Shown here: positions 47,941 to 57,910 of the stretch, in pieces
Numbering within the stretch: the first letter of the stretch is position 1
Layout of the letters: every line of letters starts with the position of its first letter
Source: Candidatus Parcubacteria bacterium
Lineage (GTDB): Bacteria > Patescibacteriota > Minisyncoccia > Phycocordibacterales > UBA2100
Length of the DNA stretch: 64,000 nucleotides
Direction: 5' to 3'
Assembly: GCA_003599295.1 (NCBI GenBank)
Contig: QZJK01000007.1
Coordinates: 2,228 to 66,227 of the forward strand
Notes under the pieces: model-generated
What the model was told of the DNA's origin: nothing
What the model saw: only the letters and a program-made list of their open reading frames with translations
The model's database searches: none
Made by a program: the position numbers and the translations under genes

Positions 47941-49866
47941 ATGGCACTCAAAGACCTTCTCTCATTCGGAAAAAAAGCGGCTCCTGAAGCGCGGGTGCTT
48001 CCAGTCTTGCCGGAAGAAATCTATGAAGCCGGTGTTTTGGACCTCCAGGACGTCATCGCCCCCCACGCCCTTCGCATTAACTCCCGTGAACTGGATTTGG
48101 GAGAAAAGATCGCTCGCACGTTCTTCGTGATTTCCTACCCGCGCTTCCTCACGACGGGATGGTTCGCACCAATCATCAACATGGACAAGGTCATTGATAT
48201 TTCCATCTTCGTGCACCCGATGGATACAAATGAAATGCTCCGAAAGTTCCAAAAGAAGGTCGCCGAGGTGCAGAGCCAGATCGCGACGCGGGAGGAGAAG
48301 GGCATGGTGCGAGACCCTGTTCTTGATACAGCATACTCCGACCTCGAAAAGCTGCGCGATTCACTTCAGCAGGCCCAAGAGCGCATCTTCGAAGTCGGCC
48401 TCTATTTGACGCTGTACGGAAATACCCGCGAAGAGATAGACAAAGTGGAGAGTGAGGTGCGCTCCATCTTGGAATCGCGTCTTGTGTATATTCGGCCCGC
48501 CCTCTTTCAGCAGGAAAGCGGCTTCAGGAGCGTGCTCCCCTTGGCGACCGATGAGCTCGACGTGCACACAAAGCTCAATTCCGCGCCGCTTTCCTCCATC
48601 TTCCCGTTCATCTCGTTCGACCTCACGAGCGACCGAGGCATCCTCTACGGCATAAACAGGCACAACTCCTCGCTCATTCTCTTCGACCGCTTTTCGCTCG
48701 AGAACTACAACTCAGTGACGTTCGCAAAATCGGGTGCGGGGAAATCGTACATGACGAAACTCGAAATTCTCCGTTCGCTCATGTTCGACACGGAAGTCAT
48801 CGTCATAGACCCGGAACGTGAATATGAATACCTTGCGGAAACAGTCGGGGGGCGCTACTTCAACATTTCACTATCGTCCGAGCACCACATCAATCCGTTC
48901 GACCTTCCAATCCCACGGGAAGACGAGAACCCGGCAGACGTGCTCCGGAACAACATCATCACGCTGGTCGGCCTCTTCCGCATCATGCTCGGCGGTCTCA
49001 CACCGGAAGAGGACGCCATCATCGACAAAGCCATAACGGAAACCTACGCCCTCAAGGACATCACGCCGGACGCGAACTTCGCAGCGGTCGAGCCGCCGCT
49101 CCTTTCGGACTTCGAGTTGGTGCTCTCTGGCATGGAGGGTTCGGATTCCCTCGTTGCGCGTCTCTCAAAGTATACAAAGGGGACATGGGCGGGATTCATG
49201 AACCGTCCGACGAATGTCGACATGAACAAACGACTTGTCGTATTCTCCGTGCGCGACATGGAAGATGACTTGAAACCCGTTGCCATGTACACCATTACTC
49301 ATCACATTTGGAATACGATACGGAAAGAACTGCGAAAGCGGCTCCTCGTCATAGACGAGGCGTGGTGGATGATGCGCGCCGAGGATACGGCTTCGTTCCT
49401 CTTCGGCATCGCGAAGCGCGGACGCAAATACTACCTTGGCATCTCTACCATTACGCAGGACGTCTCCGACTTCTTGAACTCTCCCTATGGCATTCCGATG
49501 ATAACGAACTCATCTATCCAAATACTGTTGCGGCAATCGCCGACATCCGTCGACCTCGTGCAACAAACATTCAAGCTCTCCGATGAGGAGAAATATCTCC
49601 TGCTCGAATCGGATGTGGGGGAAGGCATTTTCTTCGCAGGATTAAAACACGTGGCCGTGAAGGTGATAGCCTCATACACGGAAGACCAGATAATCACTTC
49701 CGACCCGTCGCAGATACTTGCGATACGAAAAGCGAAACGAGAACTTGAGGACGCGAACGCCACGGTCACAGAAACGGCATCTCCGCGGTACGTAAAGGAC
49801 CCGGGCCCCGCGCCGGCAACGCCGGCCGGGCAAAATGCTCCGACCCAAAATCCGGTCGCCGTATGA
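47941..49866 (+). CDS. virB4: VirB4-like type IV secretion ATPase
   Basis: FPF, YG.N, Walker A AKSGAGKS, IDPE.EY, INPFD, Walker B LLVIDEAW, KR.RKY, ITQ. Confidence 0.93.
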   Translation: MALKDLLSFGKKAAPEARVLPVLPEEIYEAGVLDLQDVIAPHALRINSRELDLGEKIARTFFVISYPRFLTTGWFAPIINMDKVIDISIFVHPMDTNEMLRKFQKKVAEVQSQIATREEKGMVRDPVLDTAYSDLEKLRDSLQQAQERIFEVGLYLTLYGNTREEIDKVESEVRSILESRLVYIRPALFQQESGFRSVLPLATDELDVHTKLNSAPLSSIFPFISFDLTSDRGILYGINRHNSSLILFDRFSLENYNSVTFAKSGAGKSYMTKLEILRSLMFDTEVIVIDPEREYEYLAETVGGRYFNISLSSEHHINPFDLPIPREDENPADVLRNNIITLVGLFRIMLGGLTPEEDAIIDKAITETYALKDITPDANFAAVEPPLLSDFELVLSGMEGSDSLVARLSKYTKGTWAGFMNRPTNVDMNKRLVVFSVRDMEDDLKPVAMYTITHHIWNTIRKELRKRLLVIDEAWWMMRAEDTASFLFGIAKRGRKYYLGISTITQDVSDFLNSPYGIPMITNSSIQILLRQSPTSVDLVQQTFKLSDEEKYLLLESDVGEGIFFAGLKHVAVKVIASYTEDQIITSDPSQILAIRKAKRELEDANATVTETASPRYVKDPGPAPATPAGQNAPTQNPVAV

Positions 49867-50930
49867 GGACGCCTTTCGTTCGGGCACTTGTACTATCGAT
49901 AGTGTTCGCGGCGATGCTCGGAGCTGTCCCGGCTGGAATGCCTACGCATGCGCAATTTGGCATTCCTGTTGGCATTCCTGGCACGAGTCTTTCCCTAAGC
50001 TCATCCCCTGAACACCCTGCCCCGAACTCATCCGTGCGCCTCTCTCTGCAGAGTGTGTTTCTCGACCTCGCCGATAGCAACATCACCTGGTACGCGAACG
50101 ATGCCGTTATCGCGGAGGGGATCGGGCTCAGGGAAACGAGCCTGATTACAGGATCTCTTGGTTCTGAAACCCGTATACGAGTCGAGGTCGCAGGACAGGA
50201 CGGAACTGCTACCGCAACAGGGACACTTCGGCCGACTGAAGTAGATCTTCTCTGGGAAGCAGACTCGTACGTACCTCCGTTCTATAACGGCCGCGCACTT
50301 CCGTCGCCGGGAAGCAACGTCCGTCTCTTCGCGATACCACGTTTTCAACGTGCGGGAGCTAGTTCTACGGTGTCCCCTGACGAGCTCATATACACATGGA
50401 AGAAAAACGGCCGCGTCGTACAAGCCGTGAGCGGGCGCGGGAAACATACCGTGGTCATGGAAAGCCCTGTCCTTTTCGGGACCGATACGGTCTCGGTCGA
50501 GGCTCGTACTTCAGATGGAGTATTACGCGGCTCGACATCCGTACGCATCGCCTCAGTTGAGCCCGTCCTCTCCTTATACGAGAATCACCCTGTGTTCGGC
50601 ATTTTGTACCACCGCGCACTTCAAGACGGGTCCGTGGTCTCTGAAACCGAAGCGGTGTTTACCGCGGTCCCATACTTCGTTCCCGCCCGAACTCCCGACA
50701 ACAGCGCCCTTGTATACGAATGGAGCATCAACGGAACACCTATCGCGAACGATCCGAGGCACCCGAGTTCTATTACTATCAATGCCGAGGGGTCGAGCGG
50801 GCTCGCGCAGATCGCACTTGCCCTTACGCATGCGACGAACTTCTTCTTGAGTGCCTCAAGCGCTTGGAGTGTCACGCTTTCCGGAACTGGTCAGGGGAGC
50901 ATCCCCGACCTGTTCGGAGTGGAAGAATGA
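49863..50930 (+). CDS. Secreted Ig-like/beta-sandwich repeat protein
   Basis: Signal peptide, repeated Y.W..NG motifs, WEADSYVPPFY.GR.LP. Confidence 0.75.
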   Translation: MRTPFVRALVLSIVFAAMLGAVPAGMPTHAQFGIPVGIPGTSLSLSSSPEHPAPNSSVRLSLQSVFLDLADSNITWYANDAVIAEGIGLRETSLITGSLGSETRIRVEVAGQDGTATATGTLRPTEVDLLWEADSYVPPFYNGRALPSPGSNVRLFAIPRFQRAGASSTVSPDELIYTWKKNGRVVQAVSGRGKHTVVMESPVLFGTDTVSVEARTSDGVLRGSTSVRIASVEPVLSLYENHPVFGILYHRALQDGSVVSETEAVFTAVPYFVPARTPDNSALVYEWSINGTPIANDPRHPSSITINAEGSSGLAQIALALTHATNFFLSASSAWSVTLSGTGQGSIPDLFGVEE

Positions 50931-50934
50931 GCAT

Positions 50935-52218
50935 ATGCCCGCGACCTCTCGAACATCCAAAATCCTGCGCTATACGCTCATTGGCGTTATCGTGCTTTCG
51001 CTTGCAGGACTCCTCTCTTGGTACTTTTTCCTGCGGAATCAGGGGGACGTGCTTCGCACACAGGATGAAGGGAGGGGGGCCGGTATCGCGCCCCCGTCGT
51101 TCGGAGGCATTATCGGAAGCACGTATGACAATATCGTGGAAAGCATCTCTTCTCTTGCCAATGGAAATAGCGCTGAAGCACCGGCCCAGCCTCCTCGTTT
51201 ATGGCAGATAACGAAAACGCCCGTTGCCGGCATGGGGTTCGTCTCGCCGGAGTTCGGCACAGCTTCTTCAACGGCACGCAACGTGCTGTACACGGTGCGG
51301 TTCGTGGAACGCGGAACCGGTTATGTCTTCGACGCGAATCCGGCAAGCGGGGCGTTGACGCGGCTTACGAACACTCTCGTGCCGCGAGTGTATGAAGCGT
51401 TCGTCGGCATAAACGGCACTCTTATCTTGAGAGGTCTCGATGAAGATACGAGTTTTGTTATGACGAGCGCCGGACTCGCGACGAGTACCCCAACTTCGAT
51501 AAAAGAACCCGCTGCGCTTTCGCTCATAACGCTTCCGCAAGACATCCGAGAACTCGTTCTTAGTCCTTCTGGAGAAGAAGTTCTATATCTTATTGAACAA
51601 TCTCCCGGTTTCTCAGTAGTGCGTTCTGCGTGGAATGGTGGAGATTCCGAACGAGTTATGAAAGTCGGCGTTTCGGGCTGGCAAATCCGTTGGCTTTCGG
51701 ATGACCGCATCATACTGACGCAACATACTGCAGACGGTACTTCCGCTCACGTGTATGCGCTTGAGAGCGGGAGGCTCGTACCGCTCATTCCGGGGGGAGG
51801 CGCGCTCACGCTTCTCCCACGCGCCGGTTCACCTGCGATACTATACGGAAGCGTTTCCGGAAATGCCGCGCTTGCCGCAAGAATAGACGAAAAGACGAGT
51901 GCCGTTCCTATACCCGTATGGACAACGACAGACAAGTGCGTGTGGGCACCCGGTACGGAGCTTGTTGCATACTGTGCCGTTCCTCGGGTATTGCCGAGTG
52001 CGGAAAACGTTCGCGCGAAACTTCGCGGGGAAATCTATTCTTCCGATACCTGGTGGAGAATTGACGTCCGCGCGGGGCGAGCGGAATCAATGTATGACCC
52101 AGGAGGCAACGCCGATATTGATGTTGAAAATCCGATGATAGACGCGGGCGGCAATTACATTGCATTTACCAGTGCGCGCGACAAAACGCTTTGGGTGTTG
52201 CGCATCGGAGAGGAATGA
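50935..52218 (+). CDS. Membrane-anchored beta-propeller-like protein
   Basis: N-terminal TM; SP.G..V.Y and D.G..IAF repeats; KCVW...YCAVP. Confidence 0.7.
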   Translation: MPATSRTSKILRYTLIGVIVLSLAGLLSWYFFLRNQGDVLRTQDEGRGAGIAPPSFGGIIGSTYDNIVESISSLANGNSAEAPAQPPRLWQITKTPVAGMGFVSPEFGTASSTARNVLYTVRFVERGTGYVFDANPASGALTRLTNTLVPRVYEAFVGINGTLILRGLDEDTSFVMTSAGLATSTPTSIKEPAALSLITLPQDIRELVLSPSGEEVLYLIEQSPGFSVVRSAWNGGDSERVMKVGVSGWQIRWLSDDRIILTQHTADGTSAHVYALESGRLVPLIPGGGALTLLPRAGSPAILYGSVSGNAALAARIDEKTSAVPIPVWTTTDKCVWAPGTELVAYCAVPRVLPSAENVRAKLRGEIYSSDTWWRIDVRAGRAESMYDPGGNADIDVENPMIDAGGNYIAFTSARDKTLWVLRIGEE

Positions 52219-52219
52219 T

Positions 52220-53131
52220 ATGGCGACGTTTTTCAACAGAACATTGTTCCTCGCGAGCATCATGGCTCTCATGTGGATGAGCGGCATTTCGATAGCTGAC
52301 GCGCAAGCGTGCGGAGACCAACCGAACGGATGTCCTCAAGGACAGATCTGCGTTCATCAAAGCTTCGGTGTTGAGTTTTGCAGCGCGGATCCCGCATTCC
52401 AAGGATGTACCGGTGCCGACCCCTCGAACGGCACGCGCATATGTACCTGTATCTCATCCGGAAGCATCTATACGTGGAGCTGCACGAATAGGAATATTAC
52501 CCCCGACCAGTGTCCCCAACCGCAGCCCAATGTCGGGCGCGCATGCAGCTGCGTACTTTCAGGAGGGAATTACGTGTGGGATTGCGGTTCCGGCGCTAGC
52601 TCCATTCCTGCTGGGCAGCAATCAGCTCCGCCGGCATTCGTGCCTCTTGCCAATGTCACCGGCTCCAAACTCGGTAACTTATACGGCGGTGCGAGCGGCG
52701 ACCTGGCAACGTTCATCGAACGCCTTTTCGGGTTCGCACTATCGCTTGGCGCGATACTCGCGATACTTCGGATAGCGTGGGGAGGGTATCTCTATATGAC
52801 TACCGACTTGTGGAGTTCGAAGGAGCACGCACGAGAAGTCATACGAGAAACGGTTCTTGGCTTGCTGCTATTACTTGCCGTGTGGGTTATCCTTTCTCAA
52901 ATCAATCCGGACATTCTGAGGCTGAACGTATTGGAGACCCTTAAGGCAAATCCCATTCCGGCTTCTTCTTCCGTGCGGAGCAATGCTTTGAGCGGTTCCG
53001 TGCCGATTATTCAAAATCCATCCGGCGGGGCGAGTCTTATTATCCCCCCGGGGACAAATCTAGCCCCTAACTGCATAGTAAATGGCCAGCCCGGTCTTTT
53101 GGGCGAGAGCGGAACATGCTTCCCGCTCTAG
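52220..53131 (+). CDS. VirB2-like (T4SS pilin-domain) protein with Cys-rich N-terminal repeats
   Basis: Signal peptide; two-TM pilin core I..GGY.YMT....AR..I.....GL...L..W.IL..INP. Confidence 0.75.
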   Translation: MATFFNRTLFLASIMALMWMSGISIADAQACGDQPNGCPQGQICVHQSFGVEFCSADPAFQGCTGADPSNGTRICTCISSGSIYTWSCTNRNITPDQCPQPQPNVGRACSCVLSGGNYVWDCGSGASSIPAGQQSAPPAFVPLANVTGSKLGNLYGGASGDLATFIERLFGFALSLGAILAILRIAWGGYLYMTTDLWSSKEHAREVIRETVLGLLLLLAVWVILSQINPDILRLNVLETLKANPIPASSSVRSNALSGSVPIIQNPSGGASLIIPPGTNLAPNCIVNGQPGLLGESGTCFPL

Positions 53132-53140
53132 TTAAGAGTT

Positions 53141-53647
53141 TCACCCCGCGTACTTAATTACAACTCTACGATTCCGCCCTTCGCCCTGCGATTCGGTTTT
53201 CACATTCGGCGCATCGGAAAGCGTCGTGTGGATGATGAGACGTTCATAAGAACTCATAGGGGAGAGTTCGACGTCGTATTGGAATGAACGGGCGCGCTCT
53301 GCCATCATGAGCGCTTTGCTTTGCAAATCCTTTATCTGTTTCGAGCGATACTCGTTGACGTCCACCAGAAAGTGCGGTCCCGTACCAGCCTCACCATCTC
53401 CTGCGGATGCTTCTCCGGTTCCCGATGCCGAGCCCTCGCCCAAGCGTTTCTCAACGATCTTCTTTACGAGCATATCGAGCGCCTGCACGGTTTCGCCTCT
53501 CATGCCGATAAGCGCGCGGCCGTCGTCTACCTGGATGGAGAAAATGTTTTGTCCGGCGATCTCGCTTTGAGCCACTCCGGAGTACGCAGCGCCGAGCGCA
53601 TCGAGAAGTTCTTTGATGGCCGCTTCAATAACGGAGTTTGCGTGCAT
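53141..53647 (-). CDS. jag: Jag/KhpB-like RNA-binding protein (KH plus R3H, no Jag-N domain)
   Basis: LIG.RGETV.AL, VDVN.Y, L.PM...ER..IH..L, S.GEG..RRV. Confidence 0.9.
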   Translation of the reverse strand: MHANSVIEAAIKELLDALGAAYSGVAQSEIAGQNIFSIQVDDGRALIGMRGETVQALDMLVKKIVEKRLGEGSASGTGEASAGDGEAGTGPHFLVDVNEYRSKQIKDLQSKALMMAERARSFQYDVELSPMSSYERLIIHTTLSDAPNVKTESQGEGRNRRVVIKYAG

Positions 53648-53777
53648 TCGCGCACTATACTCCGTGAGATGGGGCACGTCTATTTTGCGGAATATCGGGC
53701 TGCATTGTCGACGATGAGTCAACAGGAAGAAAAGCGCAACAAATCAAGGGCTGCACTGCGTTGAAGAGCCGTTCGCC

Positions 53778-54497
53778 CTAAAACCGCCTTCCCATCAAAT
53801 ACTCCTGTCCTATCATAAAAAGGTTGCTCGTCGCCCAATAGAGCGGTGCCGCGGCTACAACGTAGTAGGAGATGACCGCGACCATGACGGGAAGTATGTA
53901 GCGCACCTGGAGGTCAAAGCTGCGCGCCATATCAGCGGAGAACGACGCGCCCGCAGGTTGCGCGACTGGAGTGCGTTTACCGGTCGAAAGCCGCGTGTAG
54001 ACGAACTGGGTCACTCCCGCGAGCGCTGCCAAGAGTATGCTGTGGCCGTCCATCGCGATAATGCCCAAAAAGACCATCTCTATGGATTCCGGAACCGGCA
54101 CGAACGAATACAGCAAGGCCATGTTCACTTCCGGAAGTCCGCCGTGAGAGAACACCCAGTAGAGCCCGATCAGAATGGGGAGTTGCACGAGAAGGAGCGC
54201 GAAGCTTGCGAACGGCCGTACGCCGCGCTCTCGGTAGAGCGCAAGTATCGCGCGCCCCTGCTCCTCCCTTTTATCCTTGAACTTTTCCTTCAGCGCCTCG
54301 ACTTCCGGTGCGATCTTCTTCATCTGTATCTGCGTTTCGATCGCGCGCCGCGAGAGCGGGAACAAAATGAAGCGAACGACAATGGTAAGCGCGATGACCG
54401 CAAGACCGACATCGTGAGAGGGGATTAAGCTTACGAAAAACACGAGCCCGTTATAGAGGGGCTCGTATACCAACGTATTGAAGGCTGCTGAAATCAT
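53778..54497 (-). CDS. yidC: Membrane protein insertase YidC (short form)
   Basis: G.A.I.LT..VR..L.PL, LVQLPI, LYW..SN..Q; follows rnpA. Confidence 0.93.
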   Translation of the reverse strand: MISAAFNTLVYEPLYNGLVFFVSLIPSHDVGLAVIALTIVVRFILFPLSRRAIETQIQMKKIAPEVEALKEKFKDKREEQGRAILALYRERGVRPFASFALLLVQLPILIGLYWVFSHGGLPEVNMALLYSFVPVPESIEMVFLGIIAMDGHSILLAALAGVTQFVYTRLSTGKRTPVAQPAGASFSADMARSFDLQVRYILPVMVAVISYYVVAAAPLYWATSNLFMIGQEYLMGRRF

Positions 54498-54545
54498 TGG
54501 AGTAGTATCGCGTAGAGAAGGGCAAGTATCAAGCGGGGACGGGGA

Positions 54546-54887
54546 CTACTGACTCGCTTGAATTTTCCGAAGCAGCCCGTCGATATCATCATGAATCGCG
54601 GCGCGCGGAGCGTTTGCCGCCTCCCGCTTAGCATAAAAAACGAGTGTAAGCGATTTTTGTATGCCCGCAATGCGGGAACTGACCGCTTCGCGACACAATC
54701 GCTTGATGCGGTTGCGCTCCACTGCCTTTTTGGAGACCTTCGTAGATACCACGCACGCGAATTTAGGCGCGACGCCTCCTGAAAACGGAGAAGCCGCGAG
54801 TGAGAAACACGTGCCGTGAACACGCGACTGCCGTTTGCTACCCCGTATGCGGACGAAATCGCTCCGCGAAAGCCTATGCGTGGTCAT
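54546..54887 (-). CDS. rnpA: Ribonuclease P protein component
   Basis: VVS.KV.KKAV.RNRIKR..RE; located after rpmH. Confidence 0.93.
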   Translation of the reverse strand: MTTHRLSRSDFVRIRGSKRQSRVHGTCFSLAASPFSGGVAPKFACVVSTKVSKKAVERNRIKRLCREAVSSRIAGIQKSLTLVFYAKREAANAPRAAIHDDIDGLLRKIQASQ

Positions 54888-54890
54888 TTC

Positions 54891-55028
54891 CTACGCCGAC
54901 AAGCGGGCGCGGCCTTTTCGGCGGCGTCGCGCCAAGATGGCGCGGCCAGTACGCGTGCCTGAGCGCTTCATAAATCCATGTGCCCTCACTCGCTTTCGCT
55001 TTTTCGGCTGATAGTTTCTTTTTACCAT
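54891..55028 (-). CDS. rpmH: 50S ribosomal protein L34
   Basis: [30 protein letters not shown]. Confidence 0.97.
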   Translation of the reverse strand: MVKRNYQPKKRKRVRAHGFMKRSGTRTGRAILARRRRKGRARLSA

Positions 55029-55083
55029 CTTCCTACTATACGACATTTTTGCCGGTATGCAAAGGGAACGAACGAGAAATAGC

Positions 55084-55115
55084 TTGTCCCCAGAAAATCC
55101 ACACGTTGTGAACAC
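55084..55115. promoter_or_regulatory. Degenerate DnaA boxes upstream of dnaA
   Basis: TTGTCCCCA, AAATCCACA, TGTGAACAC; TATAAT at 55160. Confidence 0.5.
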
Positions 55116-55192
55116 AAACGGTCGCGGGGTGTGTCGCTTCCGCCCGGCACCGAAGCGCGTATAATGTCCTCTCCTGTGCGCATGACGTCTTC

Positions 55193-56554
55193 ATGACTAC
55201 GACAACACTCAGCAACCGTGAACTTTGGCAAAATGCGCTTGTTCAGATAGAGCTAAGCACCTCGGAAACGAGCTTCCGGACGTGGTTCAGGAATACGGAC
55301 ATCGCATCGCGAAGCGGCGGGACAGTGCAGGTCGCTGTTCCGTCGAAAATCGTGAAAGAATGGCTGATGGAGAAGCACGGAAAGCTTATCTTAAAGACAT
55401 TGCGCTCTCTCGACAGCACGGTTCGGACCGTTGAATATGTCGTGCACCGCTCTCCTCCGAAAGAAGAGCGGAAGCCGGGTCGCGCACTCTCTTCTCCGCA
55501 ATCCGCCATCGACCTTTCGGCCCTGTACATCGATAAGCGCGATAATTTGAATCCTCGCTACACATTCGAAACATTCGTCGTCGGGCCGTTCAACCAGCTC
55601 GCACACGCCGCAGCAAAGGCGGTCATCGAGCGACCGGGATTGGCCTACAACCCGCTTTTCATCTACGGCGCAACGGGACATGGCAAAACACATCTCATCC
55701 AGGCAGTGGGGAACTACTTTAAGAAAACACACGCCAATAAAAAAGTGTTATACGTCACCTCCGAGCGTTTCGCGGTTGATTACATGAACGCGGTACGCGC
55801 CGGGCGTGCGAACAGTTTCAAAGATCAGTATAGAAGCCATGACGTTCTTATCATGGATGACGTGCAGTTCATCGCGAATACGGAAAAAACCCAAGAAGAG
55901 CTCTTCCACCTTTTCAATACTCTCCACGACAATAACAAGCAAATTGTTTTTTCTTCGGACAAGCATCCTGCGCTTTTGCCCGGGCTTGAAGAGCGACTCA
56001 AAGGGCGTTTTTCCGCCGGCATGATAGCGGAAATACCTGAGCCGGATGTCGAGTCGCGCATCGCCATCATCAAAGCGAAGCTCGAGAGCCATGGGTTCTC
56101 CATCCCTGAAGACGTCATTCTCTTCATCGCGGAGAATGTCCGCGGGAACATCCGCGAACTTGAGGGAATACTTAATATGATCGTCTGTAAATCCCAGTTA
56201 AAGGGGCGAGGGGTGTCCCTCGCGGATGTGCGGGTCCTCATTAAACACAATGTGCGCCCCGCCAGAGGCGTTTCTGTCGACGAGGTCGTGCGTAGGATCG
56301 CTCAATATTATGAGGTCGCGGAGAAAAGTATTTATGAAAAGACCCGCAAGAAGGAGGTGGTAAAGCCGCGGCAGATAATCATGTACATTCTCCGAGAAGA
56401 ATTCAGTGTTTCATACCCATCAATAGGCGAGAAGTTGGGCGGAAGAGACCATACGACAGTCATCCATTCCTGCGAGAAGATAAAGGAGGAAATAAAATCG
56501 AATACCGCGCTTGAGCAAGAGCTTGATCATATCCGCGCGCTTATACACGCATAG
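55193..56554 (+). CDS. dnaA: Chromosomal replication initiator DnaA
   Basis: LNPRYTF..FV.G..N, NPLFIYG.TG.GKTHL, DDVQF, N.RELEG, GGRDHTTV. Confidence 0.98.
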   Translation: MTTTTLSNRELWQNALVQIELSTSETSFRTWFRNTDIASRSGGTVQVAVPSKIVKEWLMEKHGKLILKTLRSLDSTVRTVEYVVHRSPPKEERKPGRALSSPQSAIDLSALYIDKRDNLNPRYTFETFVVGPFNQLAHAAAKAVIERPGLAYNPLFIYGATGHGKTHLIQAVGNYFKKTHANKKVLYVTSERFAVDYMNAVRAGRANSFKDQYRSHDVLIMDDVQFIANTEKTQEELFHLFNTLHDNNKQIVFSSDKHPALLPGLEERLKGRFSAGMIAEIPEPDVESRIAIIKAKLESHGFSIPEDVILFIAENVRGNIRELEGILNMIVCKSQLKGRGVSLADVRVLIKHNVRPARGVSVDEVVRRIAQYYEVAEKSIYEKTRKKEVVKPRQIIMYILREEFSVSYPSIGEKLGGRDHTTVIHSCEKIKEEIKSNTALEQELDHIRALIHA

Positions 56555-56776
56555 TGTGTGAAGAACGCGTGAATAACGAAAGGAAAAATAGTAATTACTG
56601 TGCATAAAAAATAGGAATTTCAATTTGTTCACAAACAATCCACACTAACCAGACACTTCTCAACAAAACAAAACACTCATTTACCCCAGTCTTTCATTTA
56701 AAAATTACACTTACCAACATTCTCCACACCTATAGTAGTAATAGTATGTATTAAATATATAAACATCTAACAAGGT
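56555..56776. other. Replication origin oriC
   Basis: AT-rich dnaA-dnaN spacer with at least seven DnaA-like boxes (56568, 56599, 56625, 56636, 56657, 56711, 56720), followed by ATA-GTA-GTA-ATA-GTA trios and an AT tract. Confidence 0.85.
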
Positions 56777-57871
56777 ATGAACATCTCAACAGTGAAAGAA
56801 AAAATACTTCAGGCGACACTGATCGCTGAGCGGGTAACCGGGAAAAAAGAATCTCTCCCGATTCTTTCCTGTGTCCTTCTTGATGTTTCGAAAGAGTTGA
56901 CCATTCGGGCAACTAATTTGGAGGCGGGTATTGAGATCCGGATACCTTGTGATGTTGTTGAGAAAGGCGTGATCGCTGTCCCGACGAATGTTCTTTCACA
57001 AACACTACGTTCCATTGGGGGTGAAAAAGTGAGCCTTAAAACAGATGAGGGTAATTTGGTTATAGAGTCAAAAGGAACGAGGACCCTTATTAAATCCATA
57101 CCCCACGATGAGTTTCCCGCGCTCCCAGGAGGCGCTGAGGGCTCAGGAATATCAATATCTCGGATGAACCTCATCGAAGGGATACAAGCTGTCTCGTACG
57201 CAGCGTCCCCGTCGATGATACGACCGGAATTAGGCAGTGTGTACGTTTCCATGCACCGTAACGGTTTGACGTGCGTTGCAACAGACTCCTTCAGGCTTGC
57301 CGAAAAAACAATCAGGGGAGAGAAGGGGAGCACACAGGATATCCTTGTACCTCTTAAGCACGCGCTCGAGGTGGTGCACATTTTGGAGCGCACCGAAGTG
57401 GACGACATAAAACTATCGGCAGACGAGTCGCAGCTGACGGTCTCCGCAGATGGGGTAAGGTACGTATCTCGCGTCATTGACGGCACATTCCCGAATTACA
57501 CAGAAATTCTTCCGAAGAAATACAGCGCCGAGGCAACTGTTCTTAAAAGTGATTTTTCTGAAATGTTAAAGAAGGCCCGCGTGTTCTCCGGGAATGAACA
57601 GAATATAGGGCTCCACCTGTATCCGAAGAAAAAGGTGTTCACGGCAACCGCACAGAGCGCTGATGTCGGAGAAATGTCCGACTCCATCGACGCCGCAACC
57701 TCAGGCGAGGACACCGACATAAACTTTCATATCGGATACCTCGCGGATTGTTTGCCTTCGATCGCGTCCGACTCAATCACACTTTGTTTTTCCGGCGCGG
57801 GCAAACCACTTGTCATTAAAGGAGTTTCAGACCCGACATTCACCTATCTCGTGATGCCGTTGAACAGATGA
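56777..57871 (+). CDS. dnaN: DNA polymerase III beta sliding clamp
   Basis: LPIL, ATNLE, FP.LP, RPEL, VATDSFRLA, G.FPNY, YLVMPL. Confidence 0.97.
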   Translation: MNISTVKEKILQATLIAERVTGKKESLPILSCVLLDVSKELTIRATNLEAGIEIRIPCDVVEKGVIAVPTNVLSQTLRSIGGEKVSLKTDEGNLVIESKGTRTLIKSIPHDEFPALPGGAEGSGISISRMNLIEGIQAVSYAASPSMIRPELGSVYVSMHRNGLTCVATDSFRLAEKTIRGEKGSTQDILVPLKHALEVVHILERTEVDDIKLSADESQLTVSADGVRYVSRVIDGTFPNYTEILPKKYSAEATVLKSDFSEMLKKARVFSGNEQNIGLHLYPKKKVFTATAQSADVGEMSDSIDAATSGEDTDINFHIGYLADCLPSIASDSITLCFSGAGKPLVIKGVSDPTFTYLVMPLNR

Positions 57872-57890
57872 GGTTTTTCAAATCTTATCT

Positions 57891-57910
57891 TTGAGAACTC
57901 GGGTTCTCAA
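57891..57910. terminator. Hairpin between convergent dnaN and PBP genes
   Basis: TTGAGAAC-TCGG-GTTCTCAA. Confidence 0.5.
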
